NCBI GenBank assembly: GCA_965207225.1
Contig: CBDBLV010000005.1
Location: 1,664,001-1,728,000 of the forward strand
Source of the DNA: Dehalococcoidia bacterium
GTDB taxonomy: Bacteria > Chloroflexota > Dehalococcoidia > Plut-88900
Direction of reading: 5' to 3'
Length of the DNA stretch: 64,000 nucleotides
Made by a program: the position numbers and the translations under genes. Shown here piece after piece: positions 9,654-18,782 of this stretch. Position 1 is the stretch's first letter. The number at the start of each line of letters is the position of its first letter. The notes under the pieces were generated by a model. It had not been told where the DNA came from. It made no database searches and saw only the letters and a list, made by a program, of their open reading frames with translations.

Positions 9654-10076
9654 ACAGGCTCACACGAGCCTGGCCCCTACGATGCGGACGGTGCCACCGG
9701 CACCTCACCACAGACGCTACCTCCTGTAACGACACCGGAGAGCCGGATGACGCGAAAGTGTCACGTCCGGTTCGGAGGGGGGCCGACGGAAAAGTGCTCC
9801 ATTAGCGCGGAGTAACTCGCCGGCGGCCTACCCGACACTTGTAGGGTGAGCGGCAGTTTCTCAGGGGAGGCGCGGGCCAAGAGCCTTGCGAAATACCCGG
9901 GCATCGAGGGAGCGGCGTGAATGTGCGGTATATGGCACCGTGTTCATTGGCCCACGTGCGTGATTGACGCCCAGCTCAAGAAGGACCAACCATAGCTACG
10001 ATGCGCGTGGGCGCCGTGAATCATGGCGCGAAATATCATGGATCCGGTTAGAGCTTCCTCTACCGTCAGCTTGAGG

Positions 10077-10400
10077 TTACTCCTCTCCTACCTCGGAGAA
10101 GTTGGTGATGGCAACTTCGCCTTCTGGAAACTCGGCGACGATCTTCAGTTTCCCGCCTACTGCCTCAATGTAGGACCGCAAGCTGGATACGTACACATCG
10201 GCCCGCTGCTCCAGCTTGGAAACTGCGGGTTGGTTCACATTCAGCATCTTGGCCATGTCTCGCTGGGTTAGCGCCAGCGCCCGGCGAAGCTCGTGCAGCG
10301 GCATCTCGGCGAGCAACTCCCTCTTAAGGTCGTCGATGCGCCGCCGGCGCTCCGGCGTGAAATCGCTGGTCAGTTCGCTAAATGGATGGCGTCCACTCAT
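10077..10400 (-). CDS. XRE/HigA-type HTH antitoxin
   Basis: LHELRRALALTQ..QPAVSKLEQRAD..SSLRSYIEAVGGKL. Confidence 0.88.
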   Translation of the reverse strand: MSGRHPFSELTSDFTPERRRRIDDLKRELLAEMPLHELRRALALTQRDMAKMLNVNQPAVSKLEQRADVYVSSLRSYIEAVGGKLKIVAEFPEGEVAITNFSEVGEE

Positions 10401-10759
10401 TTGATCAGTCCTTCCTTTCGAAGCTCTTCAAGATGTTCATCGTAGAGGGCGTCGGCCACGGGCACGTACTCCTCATAGAACCGGTCGTTGCCTGTCTTGT
10501 CGCCTCCGATGAGCAGAATCGACGTTCGCCTGGGGTCGAAGGCGTAGAAGACTCGAAGGGGCCTGCCGGCACTCTGCGTTCGAAGCTCGCGCATAACACC
10601 GTGCCGAGAGCCGGTGATGTCTGAGGAGTAGGAGTATGGCAGGTTGGGGCCGTGCTCCATCAGCAACTCGACTCTGGCGGCTACTGCATCCTGCTGGTTC
10701 TCCGAAAGTTCCTGCCACCACCGCCTGAACTCATCCGTGTATTCGACCTCCCAAGGCAT
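10397..10759 (-). CDS. RelE/HigB (Gp49-like) toxin
   Basis: WEVEYTDEF..MRELR..LRVFYAFDPRRTSILLIGGDK; 4-nt overlap with antitoxin. Confidence 0.88.
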   Translation of the reverse strand: MPWEVEYTDEFRRWWQELSENQQDAVAARVELLMEHGPNLPYSYSSDITGSRHGVMRELRTQSAGRPLRVFYAFDPRRTSILLIGGDKTGNDRFYEEYVPVADALYDEHLEELRKEGLIK

Positions 10760-10923
10760 GAGCCATTATATTCCAAAAAGGGAATAATATTAAAGCTGCC
10801 ATCCGGTATCCAGACGGCGGGAACAGGTCGTGGTTGGGCCTCGAATAGGCTCCTCTCAGGGCAAGCGTGGAACAGCAGTCTTGAGAGTTATCAGAGTACC
10901 TTAGAAGGGCTGGTGAGGCGTGC

Positions 10924-11889
10924 TCAGGAAGGCAGCTCACCCCGGACGGTGCGGCGGTCCCGGTTGTCGAAGTAGGCGCATTCCGATAGAAGGTCGCCGT
11001 TCTGCGCGCCGGCTTCCGAGATTTCGATGTGCTGTCGGGTCAGGGGCCTGTAGGGGAAGGCCCCATGTCCGTACTGTTCCTCGGCGAATTGCAGCGTCTT
11101 TGCACGCTCCAGATCATAATGCGACTCTGCATCGACAAAGCGCATTACGTAGGCTGCACGCTTGGGAAGAGGCCCCTCGCCGAGCATGATGCTGCGATGG
11201 ACAACGTTTTTGTTGAACAGAAGGGCGTCGCCGGGCTGGAAATCATCTTCGACCTGGTGGGCCTCGAGAACTTCAAGCATGGTCGGCGAATTGAGGATGC
11301 CGTTGCGCAGCTTGAAATAATCAAGCACGGTCGTCCTGACCCCGGCTCGCTCCTTGGTCTCCATTGTCGAAACTATGACCGGCTCCAACCGGTAAGCAAA
11401 ATAGCCTGATATTACATTTTCGGGGACGTAGGCCATGCCGCCCCGCTGTCCCCCGGGGTCCACGGGATGCAGGGGCGCCCACAGCGTATAGGCAGGCTCT
11501 TCGGCGAACTGATAACCGAAACTCTGCATTCCCACGTGCCAGGGGAACCCCTTGCTGACATTCTTTTCGAGTTCAAAGCACATTTCGAATGTCAAGAAGA
11601 GATCGTGTCCGACCAGACTTGTAAGAGAGCGACGGAAATAGGGCCTTTCCAGCAACTCATACACATCGGTCTTTTCGGCCTCGAAGTCATAGGTGGAACG
11701 GTTGAAAATCGCGTTGGTCTGAAGCTGTCCGCTGCCACCACCCGCCATTTCGCCTTCAACTCGGTTTAACAGGGTGTTGACTACCTCGGGATTGTAAAAC
11801 CCATCAAGCTTGACGAAGCCGTTGCGCTGGAATTGATCTTTGTGCTCGTCGGTGACGAGGAATTTGTTGTCGAAGGGATGACTGTTCAT
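10924..11889 (-). CDS. PhyH-like Fe(II)/2-oxoglutarate enzyme with HxG motif (candidate halogenase)
   Basis: F.RNGFVKL, PWHVG, TLWAPL, GGMAYVP, PGDALLF..VHRS, R..YVMRF layout of the PhyH fold. Confidence 0.7.
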   Translation of the reverse strand: MNSHPFDNKFLVTDEHKDQFQRNGFVKLDGFYNPEVVNTLLNRVEGEMAGGGSGQLQTNAIFNRSTYDFEAEKTDVYELLERPYFRRSLTSLVGHDLFLTFEMCFELEKNVSKGFPWHVGMQSFGYQFAEEPAYTLWAPLHPVDPGGQRGGMAYVPENVISGYFAYRLEPVIVSTMETKERAGVRTTVLDYFKLRNGILNSPTMLEVLEAHQVEDDFQPGDALLFNKNVVHRSIMLGEGPLPKRAAYVMRFVDAESHYDLERAKTLQFAEEQYGHGAFPYRPLTRQHIEISEAGAQNGDLLSECAYFDNRDRRTVRGELPS

Positions 11890-12088
11890 ATCTTGGTCCT
11901 CCCAACAGGCTCTTCATGAATTTCGGGTTCGAGAACAATCTTAGCACGGGAGGCCGTTGATTTAGTACGGTCGGGTGGAGAAGAGTGAGTCAAACGGGCA
12001 TGAGATAGAAGAGCCGCGCCGGATAGGCAGTACGCGAGCCCCTCCATTCGACCCTTCGAGGCCATAAGGTTGAGCGGTCTCCCGGGAT

Positions 12089-12117
12089 GGATTCCCGATC
12101 GGAGTCGGGAATGACGG
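12089..12117. repeat. Short palindromic repeat (TTCCCGATCGGAGTCGGG), second copy near 13070-13097
   Basis: Two near-identical intergenic hairpin copies flank the enoyl-CoA hydratase gene. Confidence 0.6.
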
Positions 12118-12158
12118 ATGGGGTGATAGGGGGGCCGATGATGTGCCCAAAGGGGCTC

Positions 12159-12947
12159 CTACCTGCCCTTGAAGTCGGGGGGGCGTTTCTCCAGCCAGGC
12201 CCTGACGCCTTCCTGGACGTCCTCACTCTGGGCGGCGATGATGCTGATTACATCCTCCAGCCGACCTGCCTCCCGGACGCCGTCAAGCAGGCTGCGGTAG
12301 GAGACTTCCTTGATACCGCGGACGGCCAGGGGGCCGTTGCTGTTGATCTTTCGGGCCATCTCCTCCGCCTTCTCCATGAGCTGGTCATGGGGGACGACGT
12401 GGTTTACGAAACCCCACTGCTCGGCCTGCTGAGCTGTGACGTGATTGCCGGTTAGAAGGAACTCCAGGGCCCTGCCGAAGGACATGTGGGCCCGAGCCCT
12501 GACGGTGCCCCACCAGGTGGTGACTATGCCCAGCTCCACCTCCGGCAGGCCGAATACTGCCCTCTCGGAGGCGATGCGTATGTCGCAGTCCATGGCAAAG
12601 ACCACACCTCCCCCCATCACCCACCCGTTGATGGCGGCGATTATGGGCTTCCAGACGCCCAGTTCTTCGGAAGGGCGCAGGGGTCTCGGGTCGCCGCCGA
12701 AGGGGTTACCCTTGTGGGCGCCGGTGTCGTGGTGGGAACGCATCTCTTTGAGGTCGGCGCCCGAGCAGAAGGAGCGGTCGCCGGCGCCGGTGAGGATGGC
12801 GGCCCAGGCGTCGTCATCGTCTCGAAATCGCGTCCAGACCTCGTTCCACATCCGGGACATCTCGTTGTTGATGGCGTTGAGGGAGCGGGGTCTGTTCAGC
12901 GTGACATGAGCGATCTTGTCCTTTACTTCGTATTCGATGACGGCCAT
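12159..12947 (-). CDS. Enoyl-CoA hydratase/isomerase family protein
   Basis: LNRPRSLNA, FCSGADL, KPIIAAING..GGG, FGLPEV. Confidence 0.92.
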   Translation of the reverse strand: MAVIEYEVKDKIAHVTLNRPRSLNAINNEMSRMWNEVWTRFRDDDDAWAAILTGAGDRSFCSGADLKEMRSHHDTGAHKGNPFGGDPRPLRPSEELGVWKPIIAAINGWVMGGGVVFAMDCDIRIASERAVFGLPEVELGIVTTWWGTVRARAHMSFGRALEFLLTGNHVTAQQAEQWGFVNHVVPHDQLMEKAEEMARKINSNGPLAVRGIKEVSYRSLLDGVREAGRLEDVISIIAAQSEDVQEGVRAWLEKRPPDFKGR

Positions 12948-13114
12948 ATTTTCCTCCTAAAGAGATTTGTGTAACTCCGCGACAGGTGAGGAAGACACCC
13001 CACCCATTCCGCTCTTGAGACCCTTCGACTCTGCTCAGGGCGAGCGGAATGCCTCACCCCCATGAGACGGGTTCCCGATCGGAGTCGGGGAAGACAGTTG
13101 TGCAAAGGTCTCTC

Positions 13115-14587
13115 CTAGGGATAGTAAAGGTCATTAGCGGCTTTCTGGAGGTCGGCCCTGAAGTCGGGGTGGGCGACGGCTATAAGTTCTCGGGCCCTTT
13201 CCCTGATGGTCTTGCCAAGGAGCTGGGCCACTCCGTACTCGGTGACTATGGTGTCGGCGAAGGAACGGGGGACGGTTATCACGGCGCCCTCCGGGTGCTG
13301 GGGGACGATGCGGGACACCTTACCTCCTGCCGCCGTGGAGCGCAGGAGGGTGATGGCCCTGCCGCCCTTGGAAATTACGGCGCCCATGTGAAGCTCGGGC
13401 TGGCCCCCGGTCCCGGTCCACTGCCGGCCTCCAATGCTCTCCGAGTTGATCTGCCCCGAGAAATCAATGGAGATAGCGTTGTTCATTGCGATGTAGTTGT
13501 CGTGAGAAGAGACCGTGTTGATGTTCACCACGTATTCGGCGTCCCGAAGCTCGATGCGAGGGTTGTTGTGGGCCAAAGGCACTTCCTCGGGGGCGCACCC
13601 CGTCAAGGCGGTGAACACGGCCCTACGGGGGTTGACGGTCTTGCGTTCGCTGTTGATGACTCCTCTTTCGATAAGCTCGACGATGCCTGGGGCGGTCATC
13701 TCCGAGTGCCAGCCGAGGTCTCGCTTCTGGTCGAAGGCGCCCAGTCGGGGCAGGTGGGCGCTGGGCGTTCCAACGCCGACCTGAATGGTGTCCCCATCCC
13801 TGACCAGCTCGGCTACATTCTCCGATATCTTCCGGTCTTCCTCGCCGGGGGTCGACGCCTTCAGAAAAAGCCTGACAAACTCCCTTATTTCTTTCACCGT
13901 ACCGCCGCACAAGCGCGGCAGGTTATCGTACCTGGCGTTCCCGCTCATCTGGCCCAGGAGCGGCTCCAACTCCCTACGAACCAGCGGGTCTTCAATGTTG
14001 GAGACCATCTCTTCCGATTCTTCCAGGGTCAGTTCAGGAGGAATGAACTCGGCGAAGCGGTCGATTTCGGAGACGTGTATGTAGTTGTCGCCGTAGGTGC
14101 GTATGAGAGATCCATCGACCTGGGCAATGACTAGCCGGGCGTGTTTGGCGAAGCTGCGCTTGTTCCACAGGGACTTGCCGAAACTGCAGTACCCTTCGTC
14201 GTCGGGAGGCGAACACGAGACCAGGGTCACGTCCAGCCTGGGGCCTCGATTGGGTTCCCTGTACGGCTGAAGGTCGGTGGTGAATATTGCGGGAGCAAAA
14301 TCTATACGGTGTTCGTAATAGGCCGGCCGAACAATGGGGCCAAGGAACATGGAGGGGCTGTACCTGAATGACCCCTCGAAATCGGCAGAAAGCCAGCCAG
14401 GGTCGTAGTGGGGAGCGACGTCAAATATGCGTATATCGTCAAACCGCTGGTGGTTTGAAACGAGCGCATCCATCAGTGCGGTGGGCTTCGGGTCCAGGCT
14501 GATGGCGATGTTGTCGCCGGGGCTGACCAGGGCCACGGCTTCGTCGGCTGTGACGGTGTTTTTCCGGTAGTGTTCTTGCCAGTCCAT
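13115..14587 (-). CDS. Acetyl-CoA hydrolase/4-hydroxybutyrate CoA-transferase family
   Basis: SPPDDEGYCSFG, DGDTIQVGVG, GWHSEM, IDFSGQINSE, GTGGQ, VTEYGVAQL; start at MDWQEHY. Confidence 0.88.
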   Translation of the reverse strand: MDWQEHYRKNTVTADEAVALVSPGDNIAISLDPKPTALMDALVSNHQRFDDIRIFDVAPHYDPGWLSADFEGSFRYSPSMFLGPIVRPAYYEHRIDFAPAIFTTDLQPYREPNRGPRLDVTLVSCSPPDDEGYCSFGKSLWNKRSFAKHARLVIAQVDGSLIRTYGDNYIHVSEIDRFAEFIPPELTLEESEEMVSNIEDPLVRRELEPLLGQMSGNARYDNLPRLCGGTVKEIREFVRLFLKASTPGEEDRKISENVAELVRDGDTIQVGVGTPSAHLPRLGAFDQKRDLGWHSEMTAPGIVELIERGVINSERKTVNPRRAVFTALTGCAPEEVPLAHNNPRIELRDAEYVVNINTVSSHDNYIAMNNAISIDFSGQINSESIGGRQWTGTGGQPELHMGAVISKGGRAITLLRSTAAGGKVSRIVPQHPEGAVITVPRSFADTIVTEYGVAQLLGKTIRERARELIAVAHPDFRADLQKAANDLYYP

Positions 14588-14837
14588 TGAGATATTTTCA
14601 TTGCAATGGAAATAAGCGGGGCAGGGGGAGTCTAAGATTTGTGCTGAGACGCGGTCAAGGAGTCGGGCAGCGGGGGCTTGACAATTGCCGGGCAAAGGCA
14701 GCAGACGGCTTTCTGAAGGACGGACAGCAATGCCGACGCATAAGCGCTTGATCATCGCCTGGTTTTTCGTTCCGTCGGGCTGAGCGGCGCCGTTTCCTGG
14801 TGCCGCGTAGGCGCGGGCAACTGGCAGAGTCGGCGCA

Positions 14838-14859
14838 AGTGCAATAAACTAATTGCACT
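14838..14859. promoter_or_regulatory. Palindromic operator candidate upstream of metal ABC transporter
   Basis: AGTGCAAT-N6-ATTGCACT perfect inverted repeat ~30 nt upstream of the start codon. Confidence 0.5.
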
Positions 14860-14890
14860 ATTGCTCACAAATGCGATGATGGAGATTCGA

Positions 14891-15952
14891 TTGGCTAACT
14901 TGACGAACAGGATTCGAAATAAAGGCTGGGTAGGACTTCTATCTCTATCGTTAGCTGTGATCCTGGTCCTGGGCGCGTGTTCAGAGTCGGGGGTGGAGGA
15001 GGGGGATGCGGAGCCGACGGCGACTTCTGTGCCCACGCCGAACGCGGCCCCGGCCGTCGAGCCTACGCCTACGTCTGAACCCGAACCAACGTCGACACAT
15101 GAGGCCATGCTGGGGCAGTACCCCTTACAGATTACGGACATGCTGGGCAGGCCGGTGGAAATAGCGGCGAAGCCGGTTCGGATAGCAAGCATCAGCCCTA
15201 CGGCTACGGAGATGCTGTACGCCGCCGGTGGGACGGCGGTGGCCCGAGACTCTAGCTCCACGTATCCTGAGGAAGTGGTCGGGCTTCCGGAGCTGGGGGG
15301 GGCATACTCGCCGAGCTTTGAGGCGATTGCGGCCCAACGCCCGGACCTGATACTGATCGAGGCTCTGAGCCAGGGTCGGTTCCTGGAGCCGCTGTCACAA
15401 CTGGGGACGCCGGTGGTGGCCGTTCGGGCGGCTTCGCTGGAGGACATAACAACGGGAATCAAGCTCCTGGGTACGGTCATTGGGAACGAAGAAGGGGCTG
15501 AGCAGGCGGCGGAGGCCCTGTCGGCGAGGGTGGCATCGGCCGTTGAGAACACTACAGGCGGCAAGAGTGCGTTGGTACTGATCTCGGACGCGGACAGGAA
15601 CCTGTACGTTGCGAAGCCGCAGTCGTACCCCGGGGCCATAACAGCGATGCTGCAACTGTCGAACCCGGCGGAAGACCTGCCGGACAGCGGGACGTTCCCG
15701 GGCTTTGCGCAGGTGTCGGTGGAGCAGCTGCTGACCATGGACCCTGACTTCCTGTTCACGATTACCCCCGCGCCGGAACCCGCCCCCCGACTTTCGACGA
15801 TGCTGCCCCGTTTCCCCGGATTCTCAGGCCTCCGAGCAATCACAAGCGGCCAGCTGCATGAAATCGACCACGTAATCTTCCTGCGCAACCAAGGGCCGCG
15901 CATAGCCGAGGCGGTGGAGGCGATGGCAGAAATCGTAGGAAGCGCCCAGTAA
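14891..15952 (+). CDS. ABC transporter substrate-binding lipoprotein (BtuF/FecB type)
   Basis: Lipobox VLGAC, Pro/Thr linker, ITDMLGRPV..PVRIASISP, EAIAAQRPDL; start codon uncertain. Confidence 0.85.
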   Translation: MANLTNRIRNKGWVGLLSLSLAVILVLGACSESGVEEGDAEPTATSVPTPNAAPAVEPTPTSEPEPTSTHEAMLGQYPLQITDMLGRPVEIAAKPVRIASISPTATEMLYAAGGTAVARDSSSTYPEEVVGLPELGGAYSPSFEAIAAQRPDLILIEALSQGRFLEPLSQLGTPVVAVRAASLEDITTGIKLLGTVIGNEEGAEQAAEALSARVASAVENTTGGKSALVLISDADRNLYVAKPQSYPGAITAMLQLSNPAEDLPDSGTFPGFAQVSVEQLLTMDPDFLFTITPAPEPAPRLSTMLPRFPGFSGLRAITSGQLHEIDHVIFLRNQGPRIAEAVEAMAEIVGSAQ

Positions 15953-16930
15953 TTGAGGCGTCCGGCCCTTGTATTGGCGGGTCTCGGGGTTGCGCTGCTT
16001 GCGGGATGCGTGGTTGGGGTCGCATTTGGAACTGCTGAACTCAGGGTAGCCGAAGTCTTTGGGGCCCTGTTCTCTGATAGCGGAGACCCGACTGCGGATA
16101 TCATAGTACGGTCGATCCGTCTACCGAGGGTAGTGGCGGCGTTGCTGGCAGGGGCCTGTTTTGGGGTGTCGGGTGCACTGATCCAGAGCGCCACCCGGAA
16201 CCCGTTGGGAGATCCCCAGCTATTCGGGCTGGGGGGCGGGGCATCAATAGTACAGGCCCTGGCGTTGGCGGGGGTCTTTGGTGTCGGGCCTTGGGGGCTG
16301 ACCTCACTTTCGGTGGCTGCCGCTACTGTGGGTGCGATCCTGATATTCCTGCTGGCTTCCCGGGAAACCCTGACGCCGGCCCGACTTGCGCTGATTGGCG
16401 TTTCCATCGGGGCGCTTACACTGGCGATTGCAGCGGCGATCCTGACTCATTCACGGGTATTCAGCTTGCAGGCGCTGGCACTGTTCAGCGGGAGCATGGC
16501 GAATCGGGGGTGGGGAGACGTAACGCCGGCGCTTCCCTACCTGGCTCTCGGGCTTGGGCTGGCCGTGTTGGCGGCTGGTCGGCTGAACCTGCTGGTACTC
16601 GGGGACCGGCTGGCGTGGCAACTAGGGGCCAACCCGGGGCACAGCCGGCTGACGGCCCTCGTAGCGGCGGGAGTTGTGGCGGGAGCCGGGGTCAGTCTGG
16701 CGGGGGTGGTCGGGTTCGTGGGCCTGTTCACTCCTCACGTGGTGAGACTGCTGGTGGGCAACGACGCCCGTACGGTTACTGCAATATCCGTGCCCGCAGG
16801 GGCCCTGGTGGTGCTGTATGCAGACCAGATTGCGAGGTTGGCTCTGATGCCCGCCGAAGTGCCGGTTGGGCTGGTGACAACGGTTCTAGGAGCGCCGCTG
16901 ATGATTTGGGTGGCGAGGAGGCTGCAGTGA
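15953..16930 (+). CDS. FecCD/BtuC family permease
   Basis: IRLPRV..GA..Q..TRNPLGDP..G; GVVGFVGL..PH. Confidence 0.92.
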   Translation: MRRPALVLAGLGVALLAGCVVGVAFGTAELRVAEVFGALFSDSGDPTADIIVRSIRLPRVVAALLAGACFGVSGALIQSATRNPLGDPQLFGLGGGASIVQALALAGVFGVGPWGLTSLSVAAATVGAILIFLLASRETLTPARLALIGVSIGALTLAIAAAILTHSRVFSLQALALFSGSMANRGWGDVTPALPYLALGLGLAVLAAGRLNLLVLGDRLAWQLGANPGHSRLTALVAAGVVAGAGVSLAGVVGFVGLFTPHVVRLLVGNDARTVTAISVPAGALVVLYADQIARLALMPAEVPVGLVTTVLGAPLMIWVARRLQ

Positions 16931-17655
16931 GTCGGGGGAGGGATGGCAGCTTGAAGTTCAGGATAGTGCTGGAGGACGTTCACTTCTCATACGGCGAAAG
17001 GGCGGCTTTGAAGGGCGTATCGGCGTCCGTGCGAGCAGGAGAATTCGTCTGCCTCTTGGGGCCGAACGGCGCCGGCAAGTCGACGCTGGCACGGCTGATT
17101 GCGGGTGAGTTGTCGCCGACGGAAGGTCGGGTCTACGCGGGCTCGGGGGACGAATCGGGCGGGCAAAGCGAGTTAAGACGGCACATCGCATACCTGCCGC
17201 AGGACCTACAGGACCCGCCCTTCGTAAGCTACAGGGAACTGGTGACCCTGGGGCGGTTCAGGCCGGAACGCAGTCTCGGGTGGAGGGTGAGCGCGGAGGA
17301 CAAGGAGATCGTGCAGGAGTGCCTCGCGCGATGTCTTGCGGACTCGTTTGCGGACCGTCCCTTCGACCAACTGTCTGGAGGGGAAAAGCAGCGGGTCTGG
17401 CTATCGTTCTGTCTTGCCCAGCAACGGGAATTCTTGATTCTTGACGAGTCCCTGCAAAAGGTCGATTATTCCAAGAAAAGCATCTTCTTTCGGATGCTGG
17501 CCGACCTCGCCTCGGACGGCAAGGGCGTGATTCTGATAACCCACGACCTGCAGATGGCGGAACGGTACGGCCAGAGAATGCTGGCGCTGAGGAACGGGGA
17601 GCTGGCCTACGACGGGCCTCCGGGCGAGGAGATTTACTCGCTGATGGAAGACTAA
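16927..17655 (+). CDS. ABC transporter ATP-binding protein
   Basis: GPNGAGKST, LSGGEKQR, LILDE; GTGA overlap with permease. Confidence 0.9.
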   Translation: MSRGRDGSLKFRIVLEDVHFSYGERAALKGVSASVRAGEFVCLLGPNGAGKSTLARLIAGELSPTEGRVYAGSGDESGGQSELRRHIAYLPQDLQDPPFVSYRELVTLGRFRPERSLGWRVSAEDKEIVQECLARCLADSFADRPFDQLSGGEKQRVWLSFCLAQQREFLILDESLQKVDYSKKSIFFRMLADLASDGKGVILITHDLQMAERYGQRMLALRNGELAYDGPPGEEIYSLMED

Positions 17656-17761
17656 TCGCTAGTTGATTTGACGGGTGGGCAGTGTCGACGCCGCGTGCAG
17701 TCTCCTCCCGCAGGGGACCAGGTGGGCGATGTTACAATGACGGGCAAGGGGACTTGTATAA

Positions 17762-18760
17762 ATGAGAAAGCTGAAATTCGGGGCTTGTATATTTGCGCAG
17801 AAGCCGCTGCCGGAGGTAGTGAAATCGGCGCAACTGGCGGAGCGCCTGGGATTTGACAGCTTCTGGATAGCCGATTCTCAGCTTCTTTGCCGTGAGTTGT
17901 ATGTGACTCTCACCGCCTGCGCCCTGGGCACGAGCACGATAAAGCTCGGGGCGGGGGTAACGGCGCCCTATACACGGCACGTGAGCGTCACGGCGGGGGC
18001 GTTTGCTTCCTTGAACGAGCTTGCGCCGGGTCGGGTGATCCTGGGGGTGAGCACTGGGAACAGCCTGGTCAGGACCATAGGGCGGAGGCCGGCGCGGATC
18101 GCTGAACTGGAGGAATATGTCGGGAAGCTGACGGAACTGCTGAACAACCGGGACACGGAGTTCGACAGTGGGGTGAAGGGTGGCATCTCGTGGCTGGAAG
18201 AGCCCACAGGCATCCCCATCTATGTCGCGGCCACGGGCCCGAAGATGATAAAGGCGGCAACGAGGGCCAGTTCCAACGTGATATTGATGGCGGGGTCGGG
18301 GCCGAGGTTCGTGCATGAGGGGATGGACAAGGCCATTGCGGGGCTGGGGGAGGCGGGGCGGGAGGTGTTGGGGGCGGACGTGATCATGTGGGTACCGTTT
18401 GCGATTGCAGGGGATGGCGCCGCGGCCCGGGAGACCGTTTCGAAGCATGTGGCGGGACTGCTTTCCAGGGTGAACCCGGACCTGTTTGATCCGGAAGACA
18501 GGGAAGCAATCGAACGGATAAGAAAGGGATTCTCTCCGTATCCGCACGATCCTAATGCGCCGAAGAATGCAGGCGGTGTGCCGGACAAGTTCATAGAGCA
18601 GTTGGCCCTTGCGGGAACTCCCGAAGAAGTGAGGGAGCAGGTGGAGAGGATGGCGGAGGTATCTGGGTTCGATACGATTGTGCTCAATACTCAAGCAAGC
18701 GCAGACCTTGATGAGTCTTTGAGGTTGTTCGCAGAGGGCGTAATCGCACCCTTGGGTTAA
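17762..18760 (+). CDS. LLM class flavin/F420-dependent oxidoreductase
   Basis: GFDSFWIADSQ, GVTAPYTRH, PIYVAATGP; paralog of 2717-3721. Confidence 0.87.
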   Translation: MRKLKFGACIFAQKPLPEVVKSAQLAERLGFDSFWIADSQLLCRELYVTLTACALGTSTIKLGAGVTAPYTRHVSVTAGAFASLNELAPGRVILGVSTGNSLVRTIGRRPARIAELEEYVGKLTELLNNRDTEFDSGVKGGISWLEEPTGIPIYVAATGPKMIKAATRASSNVILMAGSGPRFVHEGMDKAIAGLGEAGREVLGADVIMWVPFAIAGDGAAARETVSKHVAGLLSRVNPDLFDPEDREAIERIRKGFSPYPHDPNAPKNAGGVPDKFIEQLALAGTPEEVREQVERMAEVSGFDTIVLNTQASADLDESLRLFAEGVIAPLG

Positions 18761-18782
18761 TCGCAGCCTGTACGGAGAGAGA

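Larger units (their letters stand above)
6718..9836 (+). mobile_element. Group II intron (IIA/ML, LtrA-like) with passenger gene in domain IV
   Basis: 5' GTGCG at 6718; DI closure CATAGG/CCTATG; IIA-type DIII (GGAGCCTCCGTAGTAGTCCGAGGACGGGAAAGCCGTCCACATGGCGAAGGGAGGC); DIV stem GGTGTC(7193-7198)/GACACC(9731-9736); canonical 34-nt DV 9740-9773 with AGC triad and GAAA loop; DVI ending CCTACCCGAC at 9836. Confidence 0.93.

Noticed and set aside
14600-14880. Cobalamin riboswitch ahead of the BtuF-like operon
   Set aside because: No recognisable B12-box or conserved core seen by eye.
14752-16407. Long antisense ORFs (e.g. 14752-16407, 50618-51844, 17732-18913, 28020-29174)
   Set aside because: Shadow ORFs opposite well-supported genes in high-GC DNA, with no recognisable motifs.
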